From: Polyangiales bacterium
GTDB lineage: Bacteria; Myxococcota_A; Polyangia; Polyangiales; Ga0077539
Length of the DNA: 64,000 nt
Assembly: GCA_046351515.1 (NCBI GenBank)
Contig: JAXLYJ010000005.1
Location: forward strand, 178,892-242,891
Direction: 5' to 3'
A model generated the notes under the pieces. That model was not told the origin of the DNA, did not search any database, and saw only the letters and a list, made by a program, of their open reading frames with translations. Each line of letters opens with the position of its first letter. Position 1 is the stretch's first letter. Positions 19,026-27,864 of the stretch are shown piece by piece. Both the position numbers and the translations under genes were made by a program.

Positions 19026-19946
19026 TCACAGCCCCGCGCGCGCGAGCGCCCAGGTCCACATCGGGACCGTCGCAAGCGAGGCGAAGACCCCCGAGGCGAC
19101 CAGGGCCGAGGCGAGCTCGGGGTTCAGCTCGTGCTCGGTGGCGACCATTCCTGCGGTCACCATCGGAGCCATGGCGCACTGCGCGACGGTCACGGCGAGC
19201 TCGACGCCGTGCAGCCCGAGCGCGCGCGCGAAGCCGAGCGCGACGAGCGGCGAGAGCACGAGCTTGACGAGCAGCCCCGCGAGCACCGCGCCCGCGTCGC
19301 GGCGGAGGGACGGTGGGTCGAGTCGCAAGCGCATTCCGACGGACAAGAGCGCGAGCGGAACGACCAGCCCCGCGATGCGCTCGACGAGCTGATCGAGCGC
19401 CGTCGGCAGCGCCCAGCGGCTCGTCGCGAGCCCGACGAGCGAGCCGACCACGGGGGGAAACGTCACGAGCTTCTTGGCGATCGCGGCGGGGCTCGATTTC
19501 TTTCCGGCGAACGAGGCGGCGAGCAGGACGGTCGCCGTCGAGACGATCACGAACGAGCCGCCCTGATCGACGAGCGTGGCGCTCGGGATCGCCTCGCGAC
19601 CGAAGAGCCCCTCGATGAGCGGAAGCCCCACGAACGCGGTGTTTCCCACGGTCGCGGTGACGAGCAGCGCGCCCGTCGTCTCGCGGCTCCATCGTCGCGC
19701 CCTCGCGATGATCGCGAGCATCGCGAGGGCCGCGAGAAACGCCACCCACGCGGACGCCACCGGGATCCACAGGCCCGCGCGCGGCCTCGCCGCGAGCGCG
19801 CGCACCCCACGAAACGTCAGGCACGGCAGCGCGAAATCAATCACCACCCGCGTGAGCACGGTCGAGCTCGAGTCCGGCAGCTTCGCGCGCGTTCGCAGCA
19901 GCCAACCCGCGATCAAGCACACCGCGACGAGCAGCGCGCCGCTCAC
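19026..19946 (-). CDS. AEC-family (auxin efflux carrier / malonate transporter-like) membrane transporter
   Basis: About 10 TM helices are predicted from hydrophobicity, and the AEC-like two-half architecture is present. The stop overlaps the upstream gene's start region. Confidence 0.65.
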   Translation of the reverse strand: MSGALLVAVCLIAGWLLRTRAKLPDSSSTVLTRVVIDFALPCLTFRGVRALAARPRAGLWIPVASAWVAFLAALAMLAIIARARRWSRETTGALLVTATVGNTAFVGLPLIEGLFGREAIPSATLVDQGGSFVIVSTATVLLAASFAGKKSSPAAIAKKLVTFPPVVGSLVGLATSRWALPTALDQLVERIAGLVVPLALLSVGMRLRLDPPSLRRDAGAVLAGLLVKLVLSPLVALGFARALGLHGVELAVTVAQCAMAPMVTAGMVATEHELNPELASALVASGVFASLATVPMWTWALARAGL

Positions 19947-21127
19947 GAGCCGCCTCCCGTGGGCGCTCTTCGAAGGGTGATCCGAGCGATCACCGGCGCG
20001 ACGCCGAAGCGAATGGGAGGGCCCGACGTTCCGTTGCCCGGATGGACGAAGATCGCGCTTCTGCCGTCGCGCGAGCGCGACAGCCCCACGCTTCGACGAA
20101 ACTTCACCCGCCCCAAGTTGAATCTGTGTGTCACAAATGGAACGCCGATCTGCCCCGCGTGCGTGTGACCCGAGAGCACCAGGTCGATCTCTGCTCGCGA
20201 GACGAGCGCATCGAAGAGCGAAGGGTCGTGCGCGAGCAGGACGGTGGTCACGCGTTCGGGCTTTTCGCTCATCGCGCGCGCCAAATCGTCGCGGCCCGTC
20301 CAGTTGTCGTCGATCCCCGCGAGGTAGATCGCCGCGCCCTCGTCGCGCTTTCGAACGAGCGCGCCCGCGTTGCGCAGGACCGTCGCGCCGCCGCGCTCGA
20401 GCGCGAGGCGAGCGCCGTCGATCGTCCCGAAGTAATCATGGTTGCCGAGGCACGCGAAGACGCCGCGCGGGGCGCGGAGGTGCGCGACGAGCTCAGCGAC
20501 GTCGTCGACGTAGCCTTCTCCCTCGGTGATGCAATCGCCGGTCACGACGCACACGTCTGCGCCGAGCGACGAGGCTCTCTTCGCGAGCCGTCGCAAGAAC
20601 CACCGCGGAACATACGGCCCGCAGTGCACGTCGCTCAGCTGCGCGAAGGTGAATCCATCGAGTGACGGGTCGAGGTTGACGATGGGAACGTCCACCTGCG
20701 CGACGGGCGTCCACAAGCGGCGAACGAACACCGAGTACACGCCGACGATCGCGCTGAGCGCGGCCCACGCGCTGAGGGCGTCGATGAGGGCGAGACCCGA
20801 GAGCGACGCGACGAGCGCCGCGGGCGCGAACGTGAGCGCGAAGAACACCGCGGCAGCGAACCACGCGAAGTACGGCAGCTCGATGAGCCACACGCGGGCG
20901 ATCGAGCGTCGCTCGTGGTCGCGCCACTCACGAAGCCGCGCGACGAGCGGAACGTTTGCCACGACGAGCAACAGCGCCGCGGCGAGCAGCGTCGCGAGGA
21001 CGGGAGCTCCGCGATGGATCACCCGCGCGCAGAGCGTCGCTGTGACGGGCAGCTGCGAGACGCACGCGAACGTCAAGACGCGCGCGGTGAAGCGTCGTCG
21101 CCACGCGTCCATACTGGGGGCGGGCAT
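19943..21127 (-). CDS. Membrane-anchored calcineurin-like metallophosphoesterase
   Basis: N-terminal TM helices precede phosphoesterase motifs GDCITEGEG, GNHDY and GHTHAGQ. Confidence 0.7.
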   Translation of the reverse strand: MPAPSMDAWRRRFTARVLTFACVSQLPVTATLCARVIHRGAPVLATLLAAALLLVVANVPLVARLREWRDHERRSIARVWLIELPYFAWFAAAVFFALTFAPAALVASLSGLALIDALSAWAALSAIVGVYSVFVRRLWTPVAQVDVPIVNLDPSLDGFTFAQLSDVHCGPYVPRWFLRRLAKRASSLGADVCVVTGDCITEGEGYVDDVAELVAHLRAPRGVFACLGNHDYFGTIDGARLALERGGATVLRNAGALVRKRDEGAAIYLAGIDDNWTGRDDLARAMSEKPERVTTVLLAHDPSLFDALVSRAEIDLVLSGHTHAGQIGVPFVTHRFNLGRVKFRRSVGLSRSRDGRSAIFVHPGNGTSGPPIRFGVAPVIARITLRRAPTGGGS

Positions 21128-21211
21128 CGCAGCGCGTCTCGTTGCGGTGGCCGATCACAAGAGCGTTCGCTCAGCGCGATCGAGCCAAGAAGGGGGGAGA
21201 GAGCGGGGCTC

Positions 21212-21583
21212 TCAGAAGAGCTGCTTGAGCTCGACGGCCGCGAGCTTCTTCGTCGCGCGAACGGCGTTGAAGGCGCGCAGCAGGCGGGTCTTGGCGGGGC
21301 CGGAGACGGGCTTGCCCGCGAGGACGTCGGCGACGAGGCGCTCGGTGACGGGGCGACCGCTGCGGGGCTTCTTGGCGCGCGCGGCCTTGGCGGCCTCGTC
21401 GTCCTTGCCAGCGGCGGCCTTCTTCTCGCGCTTGATCTGCTTGTCTTCGTGGCGCAGCGACTCGATCGGGTGCGAGGCGGCGACGAGGCGGATCGGATCG
21501 ATCTTCGACTCGTTGAGGAGGGTGGCAAACTTGCTGTTCGACGACGAGAGAAGCTTGGCGAGGTGGCTCATTTCAACGCTCAC
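21212..21583 (-). CDS. Small basic Lys/Ala-rich protein with an AT-hook-like KKPRSGRP motif (possible nucleoid-associated protein)
   Basis: Clean 123-aa ORF (or 119 aa from MSHLAKLL). Composition differs from its neighbours. KKAAAGKDDEAAKAARAKKPRSGRPV resembles HMGA/CarD-type AT-hooks. Confidence 0.5.
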   Translation of the reverse strand: MSVEMSHLAKLLSSSNSKFATLLNESKIDPIRLVAASHPIESLRHEDKQIKREKKAAAGKDDEAAKAARAKKPRSGRPVTERLVADVLAGKPVSGPAKTRLLRAFNAVRATKKLAAVELKQLF

Positions 21584-21597
21584 TTACAGGGAACTCA

Positions 21598-21619
21598 CGG
21601 TTGCCGAGCACCGGCAACG
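21598..21619. promoter_or_regulatory. Perfect 8-bp inverted repeat (CGGTTGCCG-agcac-CGGCAACG) between a TetR gene and the small basic protein gene
   Basis: Read directly from the sequence. It could be a transcription terminator for the TetR gene or an operator site. Confidence 0.3.
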
Positions 21620-21693
21620 AGGGGGCGGAGAGGTACCGCAATCACCGGCGCAGGACAAGCCCCGCCCCGGAAATCACGCAACGACCACGCGGA

Positions 21694-22317
21694 TCAGCGG
21701 CTGATGGCGCGCACGATCGCGGCGCTCAAGCCCGCGCTGAGCGCGTCGAATCCGCTCTGCTCGCTCACGGCCGCGCTGCCGGTGACGAGCAATCCGCGCA
21801 GGCGATCGAGCGCCGAGAGCACGAGCTGCGTGGCGATCTCGGGGCTGGTCGCGAGCTTGTTCGCCGCGCCAGCGCGCTCGATGATGGCGTGCGCGTGCCC
21901 GTCGCTCAGCGCGCGAAAGCGCTCGACGTGGCTGCTCGCGTCGGGGATGTGGGCGGATTCGAAGGTGAGCTCGTGGCCGAGCCGCAAGAGCTTGGGCCAC
22001 CGCGCGTGCAGCGCGAACAAGCGCGCCATGAGCGTGCGCAGATCGCCGTCGATCGAGCCGCTCGACGGCGCGGCGACGAGCTCGGGGCTCTCGGCCTGCA
22101 CCTGGTCGAACAACGACGAGACGACGCCAGCGAAGAGCATCTCTTTGGTCGGGAAGTAGCTGAACAACGCCCCCTTCGAAATCTTCGCGGAGGCGGCGAT
22201 GCGATTGGTGCTCGCTGCGAGATACCCAAACGACGCGAATTCTTCCGCTGCTGCGTCGAGCACAACGGAACGCTTCTTCACATCGAGGGACCGAAACCGA
22301 TCTGTGCCGTGCGACAT
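21694..22317 (-). CDS. TetR-family transcriptional regulator
   Basis: N-terminal TetR HTH: VLDAAAEEFASFGYLAASTNRIAASAKISKGALFSYFPTKEMLF. Confidence 0.75.
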   Translation of the reverse strand: MSHGTDRFRSLDVKKRSVVLDAAAEEFASFGYLAASTNRIAASAKISKGALFSYFPTKEMLFAGVVSSLFDQVQAESPELVAAPSSGSIDGDLRTLMARLFALHARWPKLLRLGHELTFESAHIPDASSHVERFRALSDGHAHAIIERAGAANKLATSPEIATQLVLSALDRLRGLLVTGSAAVSEQSGFDALSAGLSAAIVRAISR

Positions 22318-22332
22318 TCTGTTTTTGTAACG

Positions 22333-22364
22333 AAAAATAGTCCCGGCCGGAAGGACTAGTTTTT
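22333..22364 (-). terminator. Rho-independent terminator-like palindrome (AAAAATAGTCC-CGGCCGGAA-GGACTAGTTTTT), T-tracts on both strands
   Basis: A GC-rich stem with flanking T/A runs sits in an AT-rich gap directly downstream of the pilD stop (22433) and upstream of the TetR start. It also overlaps the likely TetR promoter. Confidence 0.5.
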
Positions 22365-22432
22365 CAGCTTACAAATTTTTACCGCTGGCTTTGCTTTTCC
22401 GTGAAATCGCAAGGATTGCCGCAGCGGTGCGG

Positions 22433-23485
22433 TTACGGGTCGAGCCAGCGGGCGAGGGCCACGTCTGCCCCGAGCAGATATTCGAGGGCGCCGAGCGCAA
22501 GAAACGGCACGAATGGTAACTTCATCGGTTTGCGCCCGGTCGTCGCGTCGGGCGCGGCCGGCTCGGGCGCCGCGGCGGCTGCGTGCGTTGTCGCGGTGGG
22601 CTCGTCGCTCGTCGCTGCATTCGCGGACTGCTCGCGCTCGGCTGCCTCGGATTCGTGCTGCGGCGCCGCTCGGTCGTGCTGTTCGTTGTCTTCGTCTTCG
22701 TCTTCGTCTTCGTCTTCGTCTTCTTCGTCCTCGACTTCATCCACGTCGTCTGCGCCGATCCTGCGTCCCGTCGCCGCCGCGATCGCCGCTGCGATCACGC
22801 CCTGCACCGCGCCTGCGCCGAGCGCGAAGAGCACTCCGGACGGGCCGAGCAACGCGCCGACCACGACGAGGACATGCGCGTCGCCGAGGCCCATTCCTGG
22901 GCGCCCGATGAGCAGCTTCACTCCGTCGATGAACACCAGTCGCAGTCCGAAGTAGCCCAAGCCCGCGCCCGCGAGCCCCGTGAGCCAATCGACCGAGGGC
23001 GCGAGGGGAGGAAGCACGAATCCCGCGATCAGCGGCGCCGCGGCGAACAGCAGCACGAAGTTCGGCACCTCCGTGCGCTCGAGGTCGATCAACGCGACCA
23101 CGCCGAGCGCGAAGACCACGGAGAAGCGAACCAACGCGTGAACGAACGAGGCCCACGCCGCCATGTGCGCGCCCTCGCCACGAAACGCGCGCCACGCCAC
23201 GGCGACCGCGAGCAGTCCGAACAACAGTTCGATCAGCGGGTACCGGGGCGAGATCTTCGCCCCGCAGTCGCGGCACTTTCCGCGGAGCCAGAGCCAACCG
23301 AAGACCGGGACGTTGTCGTATGCGCGAATCGGGTGCTTGCAAAACGGGCAGTGCGACGGCGGGTGCGCGACGCTCAACTCCAGCGGCCATCGATACACGA
23401 CGACGTTGGCAAACGATCCCCACGCGGCGCCGAACGCGAACGCGAACACCACGATGAACCAGACCGGAAGCTCGATCGAGACCAC
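22433..23485 (-). CDS. pilD: Prepilin peptidase (A24 family, PilD-like) with a long acidic cytoplasmic insertion
   Basis: N-terminal Zn-binding CPFCKHPI...CRDCG. The catalytic aspartate region is GMGLGDAHVL with the second aspartate region near the C-terminus. About 8 TM helices. The insert is DEVEDEEDEDEDEDEDEDNEQ. Confidence 0.8.
   Translation of the reverse strand: MVSIELPVWFIVVFAFAFGAAWGSFANVVVYRWPLELSVAHPPSHCPFCKHPIRAYDNVPVFGWLWLRGKCRDCGAKISPRYPLIELLFGLLAVAVAWRAFRGEGAHMAAWASFVHALVRFSVVFALGVVALIDLERTEVPNFVLLFAAAPLIAGFVLPPLAPSVDWLTGLAGAGLGYFGLRLVFIDGVKLLIGRPGMGLGDAHVLVVVGALLGPSGVLFALGAGAVQGVIAAAIAAATGRRIGADDVDEVEDEEDEDEDEDEDEDNEQHDRAAPQHESEAAEREQSANAATSDEPTATTHAAAAAPEPAAPDATTGRKPMKLPFVPFLALGALEYLLGADVALARWLDP
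22688..22723. repeat. (GTCTTC)x6 hexanucleotide microsatellite inside pilD, encoding (ED)n
   Basis: Six perfect tandem units were counted in the sequence. The unit length of 6 nt preserves the reading frame. Confidence 0.9.
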
Positions 23486-23494
23486 GCGTGCTCC

Positions 23495-24271
23495 TCAGCG
23501 CGCCGCGCGACGGGCCTGCGCGAGCACGGCGCGGGCCTTCGCGATCTCTCCGGCCAACGTCGCCGCGCGCATCGCGTCGTTGCTGTTTCGTGTGACGAAC
23601 TCCGCGAGCAGCGGCCGCGCCTTCGCGCTCTCGCCGCGCAGGTGCGCGATCATTCCGAGCACGAAGCGGCCGTAGCCCTCGGCCGCGCGCGATGCGTCGA
23701 GGTCCGCGACCGCGGCCACGAGATCAGGCGTGGGTCGGCCTCGAGACAGCTCGACCATCGCGTGCTGCGCGCGGTGAAGCGGACGGGTGTTGGTCGACCA
23801 TCGCGAGGCGCGCTCGAGGGCGGCGAGGGCTTCGTCGTGTTGCCCCGCGTTCCACAACGCCATCGCCGTGGCGGACCAGTGCGTCGCGCGGCGATTGGCC
23901 GGAGCGAACCGCGCCGCGAGCCGATAGCTTCGCGCGGCGTGCTCGAAGCGACCGAGCGCCGCGCACGCGCGACCATAGTCCGCGTGAGCAACCTCCGAGA
24001 GCGCGCCCAGGCGAGTCATCTTTCGCGCGATGGCCTGCGCCGAGCGCGGACGACCCGAGCGCAAGTGCGCTTTGAACACCTCGCGCAACAACAAGAGCCG
24101 CGACTCTGCGTCGTCAGCCTCTCCGCGCGCGACCGCCTCGTCGGCCTGCGCGAGCCCTTCGACCGCGAAGCGAAGCGCCTCCCGCGGGTCTTCTGAAGCC
24201 ATCGCGAGCCGCAAGTAGTCCGCCGAGTGAACAGCAGGCGCTTCGTCGAGCTCGCGGATCTTCGTCGTCAC
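23495..24271 (-). CDS. TPR-like repeat protein
   Basis: Repeated A/L/R-rich helical hairpins (YGRACAALGRFEHAARSYRLAARFAP...; WNAGQHDEALAALERASRW). It lies upstream of pilD on the same strand. Confidence 0.5.
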   Translation of the reverse strand: MTTKIRELDEAPAVHSADYLRLAMASEDPREALRFAVEGLAQADEAVARGEADDAESRLLLLREVFKAHLRSGRPRSAQAIARKMTRLGALSEVAHADYGRACAALGRFEHAARSYRLAARFAPANRRATHWSATAMALWNAGQHDEALAALERASRWSTNTRPLHRAQHAMVELSRGRPTPDLVAAVADLDASRAAEGYGRFVLGMIAHLRGESAKARPLLAEFVTRNSNDAMRAATLAGEIAKARAVLAQARRAAR

Positions 24272-24314
24272 GGCGGTGGACCAAGTATGACACTACCAGA
24301 GCGAGCGTTCTTCT

Positions 24315-26009
24315 GTGAGCGGAATTGCTCGCGACGCGACGCGGCGGGCCGCACTCTCTAGCGTCGAACCCGGGATTTCGCGCTACATTCCCCGGATCGT
24401 GACTGATCTCATCGACGATCCGCTCTTGGGGCAGCTCATCGACGGCAAGTACCGCCTCGTGTCCCGCATCGGTGCCGGCGGAATGGGAAAGGTCTATCGC
24501 GCCGAACAAGTCGCCCTCGGTCGTTCGGTCGCAGTGAAGGTGCTCGACGCGTCGCCGGGCCACCGCGACGCGGACCCCGCCGTCGAGCGTCGGTTCTTCT
24601 TGGAAGCCTCGCTCAGCGCGAAGCTCGCGCACCCCAACGTCATCACCGTCCACGACTATGGCCGCGTCGAGAGCGAAGACGGCGCGCGCTTCTACCTCGT
24701 GATGGAGCTGCTCGAGGGCGAGACGCTGCACCGGCGTCTGCAGCGCGGCCCGACGCCAGTGCCTGCTGCGGACGCCGTCGCGATCGCCATCGAGATCGCG
24801 CGCGGGCTGCGCGCCGCGCACAAAGCGGGGCTCGTTCACCGTGACTTGAAGCCCGCGAACGTGATGCTCGTGCCGAGCGACGAGGGCGGCTCAGCGGTGA
24901 AGATCCTCGACTTCGGTTTGGTCAAGCAGCTCGAGGGCGAGCTTCGCGAAGACATCACGCAAGAGGGCACGTTTCTCGGCTCGCCGAGGTACATGGCGCC
25001 CGAGCAGGTCTCGGCTGGCCCCGTCGATCATCGCTGCGATCTCTACGCGCTCGGCGTGATCTTGTACCAGTGCCTCACGGGCCTGACGCCGTTCGACGGA
25101 AAGACCGCGATGGACGTGCTGGTGAAGCACATCAACGCGCCGGTTCCGTGGATGCAGGAGCGCGCGCCCGGCGTCGACGTGAGCCCCGCGCTCGAGGCGA
25201 TCGTGCGACGGCTGCTCGAGAAGAACCCTGCGGCGAGATTTCCGGACGCAGAGTCCGTGGTGAACGCGCTGCGCGACGTAGCTGCGACGTTTCGCGGAGA
25301 CGTCACGGTCGCGAGCCGGTCGCAGTCTGGCGCGATGAAAGACCCCGCGCTGCAGCAGCTCGCGATCCCGATGCCCACCGCCGCGACGACCATCGTCGCC
25401 ACTGAGCCGAGCGGAACGATCGCGGGCACCTCCGTTTCTTCCGCGCAAACGCGGCCCAAGAAGAGCTCGACCGTGCTCGTCGCCGCTGTTGGCGGCCTCA
25501 CGGTCGTCGCCGCGGTCGCGCTGGTCGCGATGAACTCCGCTCGAAATGGCCGTGACAATGCGGGCTCGAGCAGCGCGGCGTCTCGTCCTCCCTCCACGAC
25601 GACCGCTCAGCAGCCGACCACGAACGGCGCCGCGCCCGCGCAGCGCGGAGTGCTCCGCATCGAGTCCACTCCGTCTGGCGCGGCCGTGCGAGAGAACAGC
25701 CTCGTGCTCGGGACGACGCCGCTCGAAGTGGCGATCGACCCGAGCGGGAGTCCGCGTCGCTTCGAGGTCGTTCAACAGGGATTTGCGCCGTATTCGTTCG
25801 AGCAGCGGCCGATCGCCGAGCGCGTGACCGTCGTCGCGGCGCTCTCTGCCGAGAGCGCGACGCAGACCGCGACCAACGCTGCCACGACCGCGCCCGTGCG
25901 CCGAACGCAGCACAGCGCGAACAATGTACGGCGAACGAACGCGACCACCACCGTGACGACGCGGACGAGCACCAACGCCGGCGGCGACGAGATCCGTCTG
26001 CAACGCTGA
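24315..26009 (+). CDS. Hanks-type Ser/Thr protein kinase with a C-terminal PEGA-like domain
   Basis: GAGGMGKVY (P-loop), VAVK, HRDLKPANVML, DFG, SPRYMAPE. C-terminal VLRIESTPSGAAVRENSLVLGTTPLEV (PEGA). The GTG start at 24315 is uncertain; an alternative GTG lies near 24399. Confidence 0.8.
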   Translation: MSGIARDATRRAALSSVEPGISRYIPRIVTDLIDDPLLGQLIDGKYRLVSRIGAGGMGKVYRAEQVALGRSVAVKVLDASPGHRDADPAVERRFFLEASLSAKLAHPNVITVHDYGRVESEDGARFYLVMELLEGETLHRRLQRGPTPVPAADAVAIAIEIARGLRAAHKAGLVHRDLKPANVMLVPSDEGGSAVKILDFGLVKQLEGELREDITQEGTFLGSPRYMAPEQVSAGPVDHRCDLYALGVILYQCLTGLTPFDGKTAMDVLVKHINAPVPWMQERAPGVDVSPALEAIVRRLLEKNPAARFPDAESVVNALRDVAATFRGDVTVASRSQSGAMKDPALQQLAIPMPTAATTIVATEPSGTIAGTSVSSAQTRPKKSSTVLVAAVGGLTVVAAVALVAMNSARNGRDNAGSSSAASRPPSTTTAQQPTTNGAAPAQRGVLRIESTPSGAAVRENSLVLGTTPLEVAIDPSGSPRRFEVVQQGFAPYSFEQRPIAERVTVVAALSAESATQTATNAATTAPVRRTQHSANNVRRTNATTTVTTRTSTNAGGDEIRLQR

Positions 26010-26055
26010 AAATTACGGTGGGCGCGGCGGCAGGCGTTGTACGATCGCCGAGCTC

Positions 26056-26952
26056 ATGCGCATCGCATTGCACGGATTCGCCGCCGCTGTCGCACTCACC
26101 TCCGTACTCGCTGGAGCGCCCGCGCTCGCGCAGTCGGGCCAGCGCAACCTGATCCAACTCGGTCAGCGTCAGTACGACGATCTGCACTATGAAGAGGCGG
26201 TGCAGACGCTCTCGGCGGCGATTATTCGCCCGGGAAACTCCCCGCAAGACGAGCTGCGCATCTACGAGCTGCTCGCGTACTCGTATCAGGCGCTGCAGCG
26301 CAACGACGAGGCTGAAGGAGCGTGGCGCCTCGTGCTCGCGCGCGAGCCGACGCGGCAGCCGTCGCAGGACATCTCGCCGCGCGTGCAGCAGTTCTTCACG
26401 CGCGTCCGCGAGCGTTGGGAGGCCGAAGGACGCCCCGGCGTCGCGCGCGCCAACACCCAGAACACCAACAACGGAACGCAGCAGTCGTCCAACGCGCCGC
26501 CGCCCGAGGTGCGCATCGAGCACCGATCGCCGCCGCAGCAACAGCGCGGACGTCCCGTGCCGTTGACGGCCACCGTGGTCGACCCGGGCAATCGCGTCTC
26601 GCGGTTGGTCCTCGCGTATCGGCACAACAACAGCGGGATCTTTCGTCGCGTCGACGCGCAAGCGCAGTCCGGCGGAGCGTTCGCTGTGACGCTGCCGGGT
26701 GAGACCGTTCGCCCTCCGCTCGTCGAGTACTACTTCGAAGCGGTCGACGCGACGGGCGTGCCCGTGCAAGCGCGCGGCGATGCGTTTGCGCCGCTTCGTA
26801 TCGCGGTGCCCGAGCCTGGAGGCATTCCATGGTGGGTGTGGGTCGGCGGCGGAGTGCTCGTTGCCGGCGCGGTCACCGGCATCGTGATCGGCGTCGTGAG
26901 CGCGTCGGGAAGCCAGCCCGCGACGCTCAACATCAACGTCGTCGGAAACTGA
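26056..26952 (+). CDS. Secreted TPR-like protein with a C-terminal TM anchor, probably in an operon with the kinase
   Basis: Signal peptide MRIALHGFAAAVALTSVLAGAPALA. TPR-like N-terminus. C-terminal helix WWVWVGGGVLVAGAVTGIVIGVV. Confidence 0.55.
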   Translation: MRIALHGFAAAVALTSVLAGAPALAQSGQRNLIQLGQRQYDDLHYEEAVQTLSAAIIRPGNSPQDELRIYELLAYSYQALQRNDEAEGAWRLVLAREPTRQPSQDISPRVQQFFTRVRERWEAEGRPGVARANTQNTNNGTQQSSNAPPPEVRIEHRSPPQQQRGRPVPLTATVVDPGNRVSRLVLAYRHNNSGIFRRVDAQAQSGGAFAVTLPGETVRPPLVEYYFEAVDATGVPVQARGDAFAPLRIAVPEPGGIPWWVWVGGGVLVAGAVTGIVIGVVSASGSQPATLNINVVGN

Positions 26953-26983
26953 CCGCGCTCCTACTCGCAGCAAGACCAGCGAA

Positions 26984-27844
26984 ATGACTGAATCGCGCTT
27001 CGCACAAGTGCACGTCGAGTGCACGCCCGACGACGCCGACGGCGTCAGCGGCCGCCTCATGCTCCTCGGCGCAGACGGCATCGAGCAACGCGACGCCTCG
27101 ACGCTCGTGAAGGGCGGACCGAAGGGCGTCACCCTCGTGGCGAGCTTCACAGACGAGTCGCTCGCGCGCGAGGCGCTCGACGAGTTTGCCTCGGACGCGC
27201 GGCTCGAGTGGATCGTCGGCGACGACTGGGCCGACGCGTGGAAGGCGCATTGGAAGCCCACTCGACTGGGCGAGCGGATCCTGGTCGTTCCCTCGTGGAT
27301 CGAGCCCGAACCGCAGCCGGGCGACGTCGTGCTTCGGCTCGATCCAGGCCGCGCGTTCGGCACGGGGCAACACGCCTCGACCGCGCTCGCTGTCGCCGCG
27401 CTCGAGCGCCGGCTCGCTGTGCGCAAAGAGCCGCTCGTGATCGACGTCGGCTGCGGCTCGGGCATCCTCTCGTTCGCCGCGCTCTTTTTGGGCGCTGACC
27501 GCGCGGTGCTCTGCGATGTCGACGCCGACAGCATCGAAGTGACCCGCGAAAACGCCGCGCTCATCGGCCTCGCAGACCGCGTCGACGCGCGCGTCGGCTC
27601 GACCGATGTCCTGACCGAGCGCGCTTCGATGGTGCTCGCCAACATCGAGCCCTCGGTGCTCATCCCGCTCGCTGAGCCCATCGCGGCGCTCGTCGCCGAC
27701 GGCGGTTCGTTGATCTTGTCGGGCATCCTCGAGACGCAGCGCGACAACGTCGTGAACGCGTATCTGCCGCTCGGATTTCGCCTCGATCGCTGCGAACAGA
27801 TGGGCGAGTGGGTCTCGCCCGAGCTCGTTCGCGTCGCGCGCTGA
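26984..27844 (+). CDS. prmA: Ribosomal protein L11 methyltransferase
   Basis: SAM-binding motif VIDVGCGSGILSFAA within the PrmA architecture; WKAHWKP..ILVVPSW is the conserved PrmA segment. Confidence 0.8.
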   Translation: MTESRFAQVHVECTPDDADGVSGRLMLLGADGIEQRDASTLVKGGPKGVTLVASFTDESLAREALDEFASDARLEWIVGDDWADAWKAHWKPTRLGERILVVPSWIEPEPQPGDVVLRLDPGRAFGTGQHASTALAVAALERRLAVRKEPLVIDVGCGSGILSFAALFLGADRAVLCDVDADSIEVTRENAALIGLADRVDARVGSTDVLTERASMVLANIEPSVLIPLAEPIAALVADGGSLILSGILETQRDNVVNAYLPLGFRLDRCEQMGEWVSPELVRVAR

Positions 27845-27864
27845 TCGTCGGGCGCTCGCTCACC

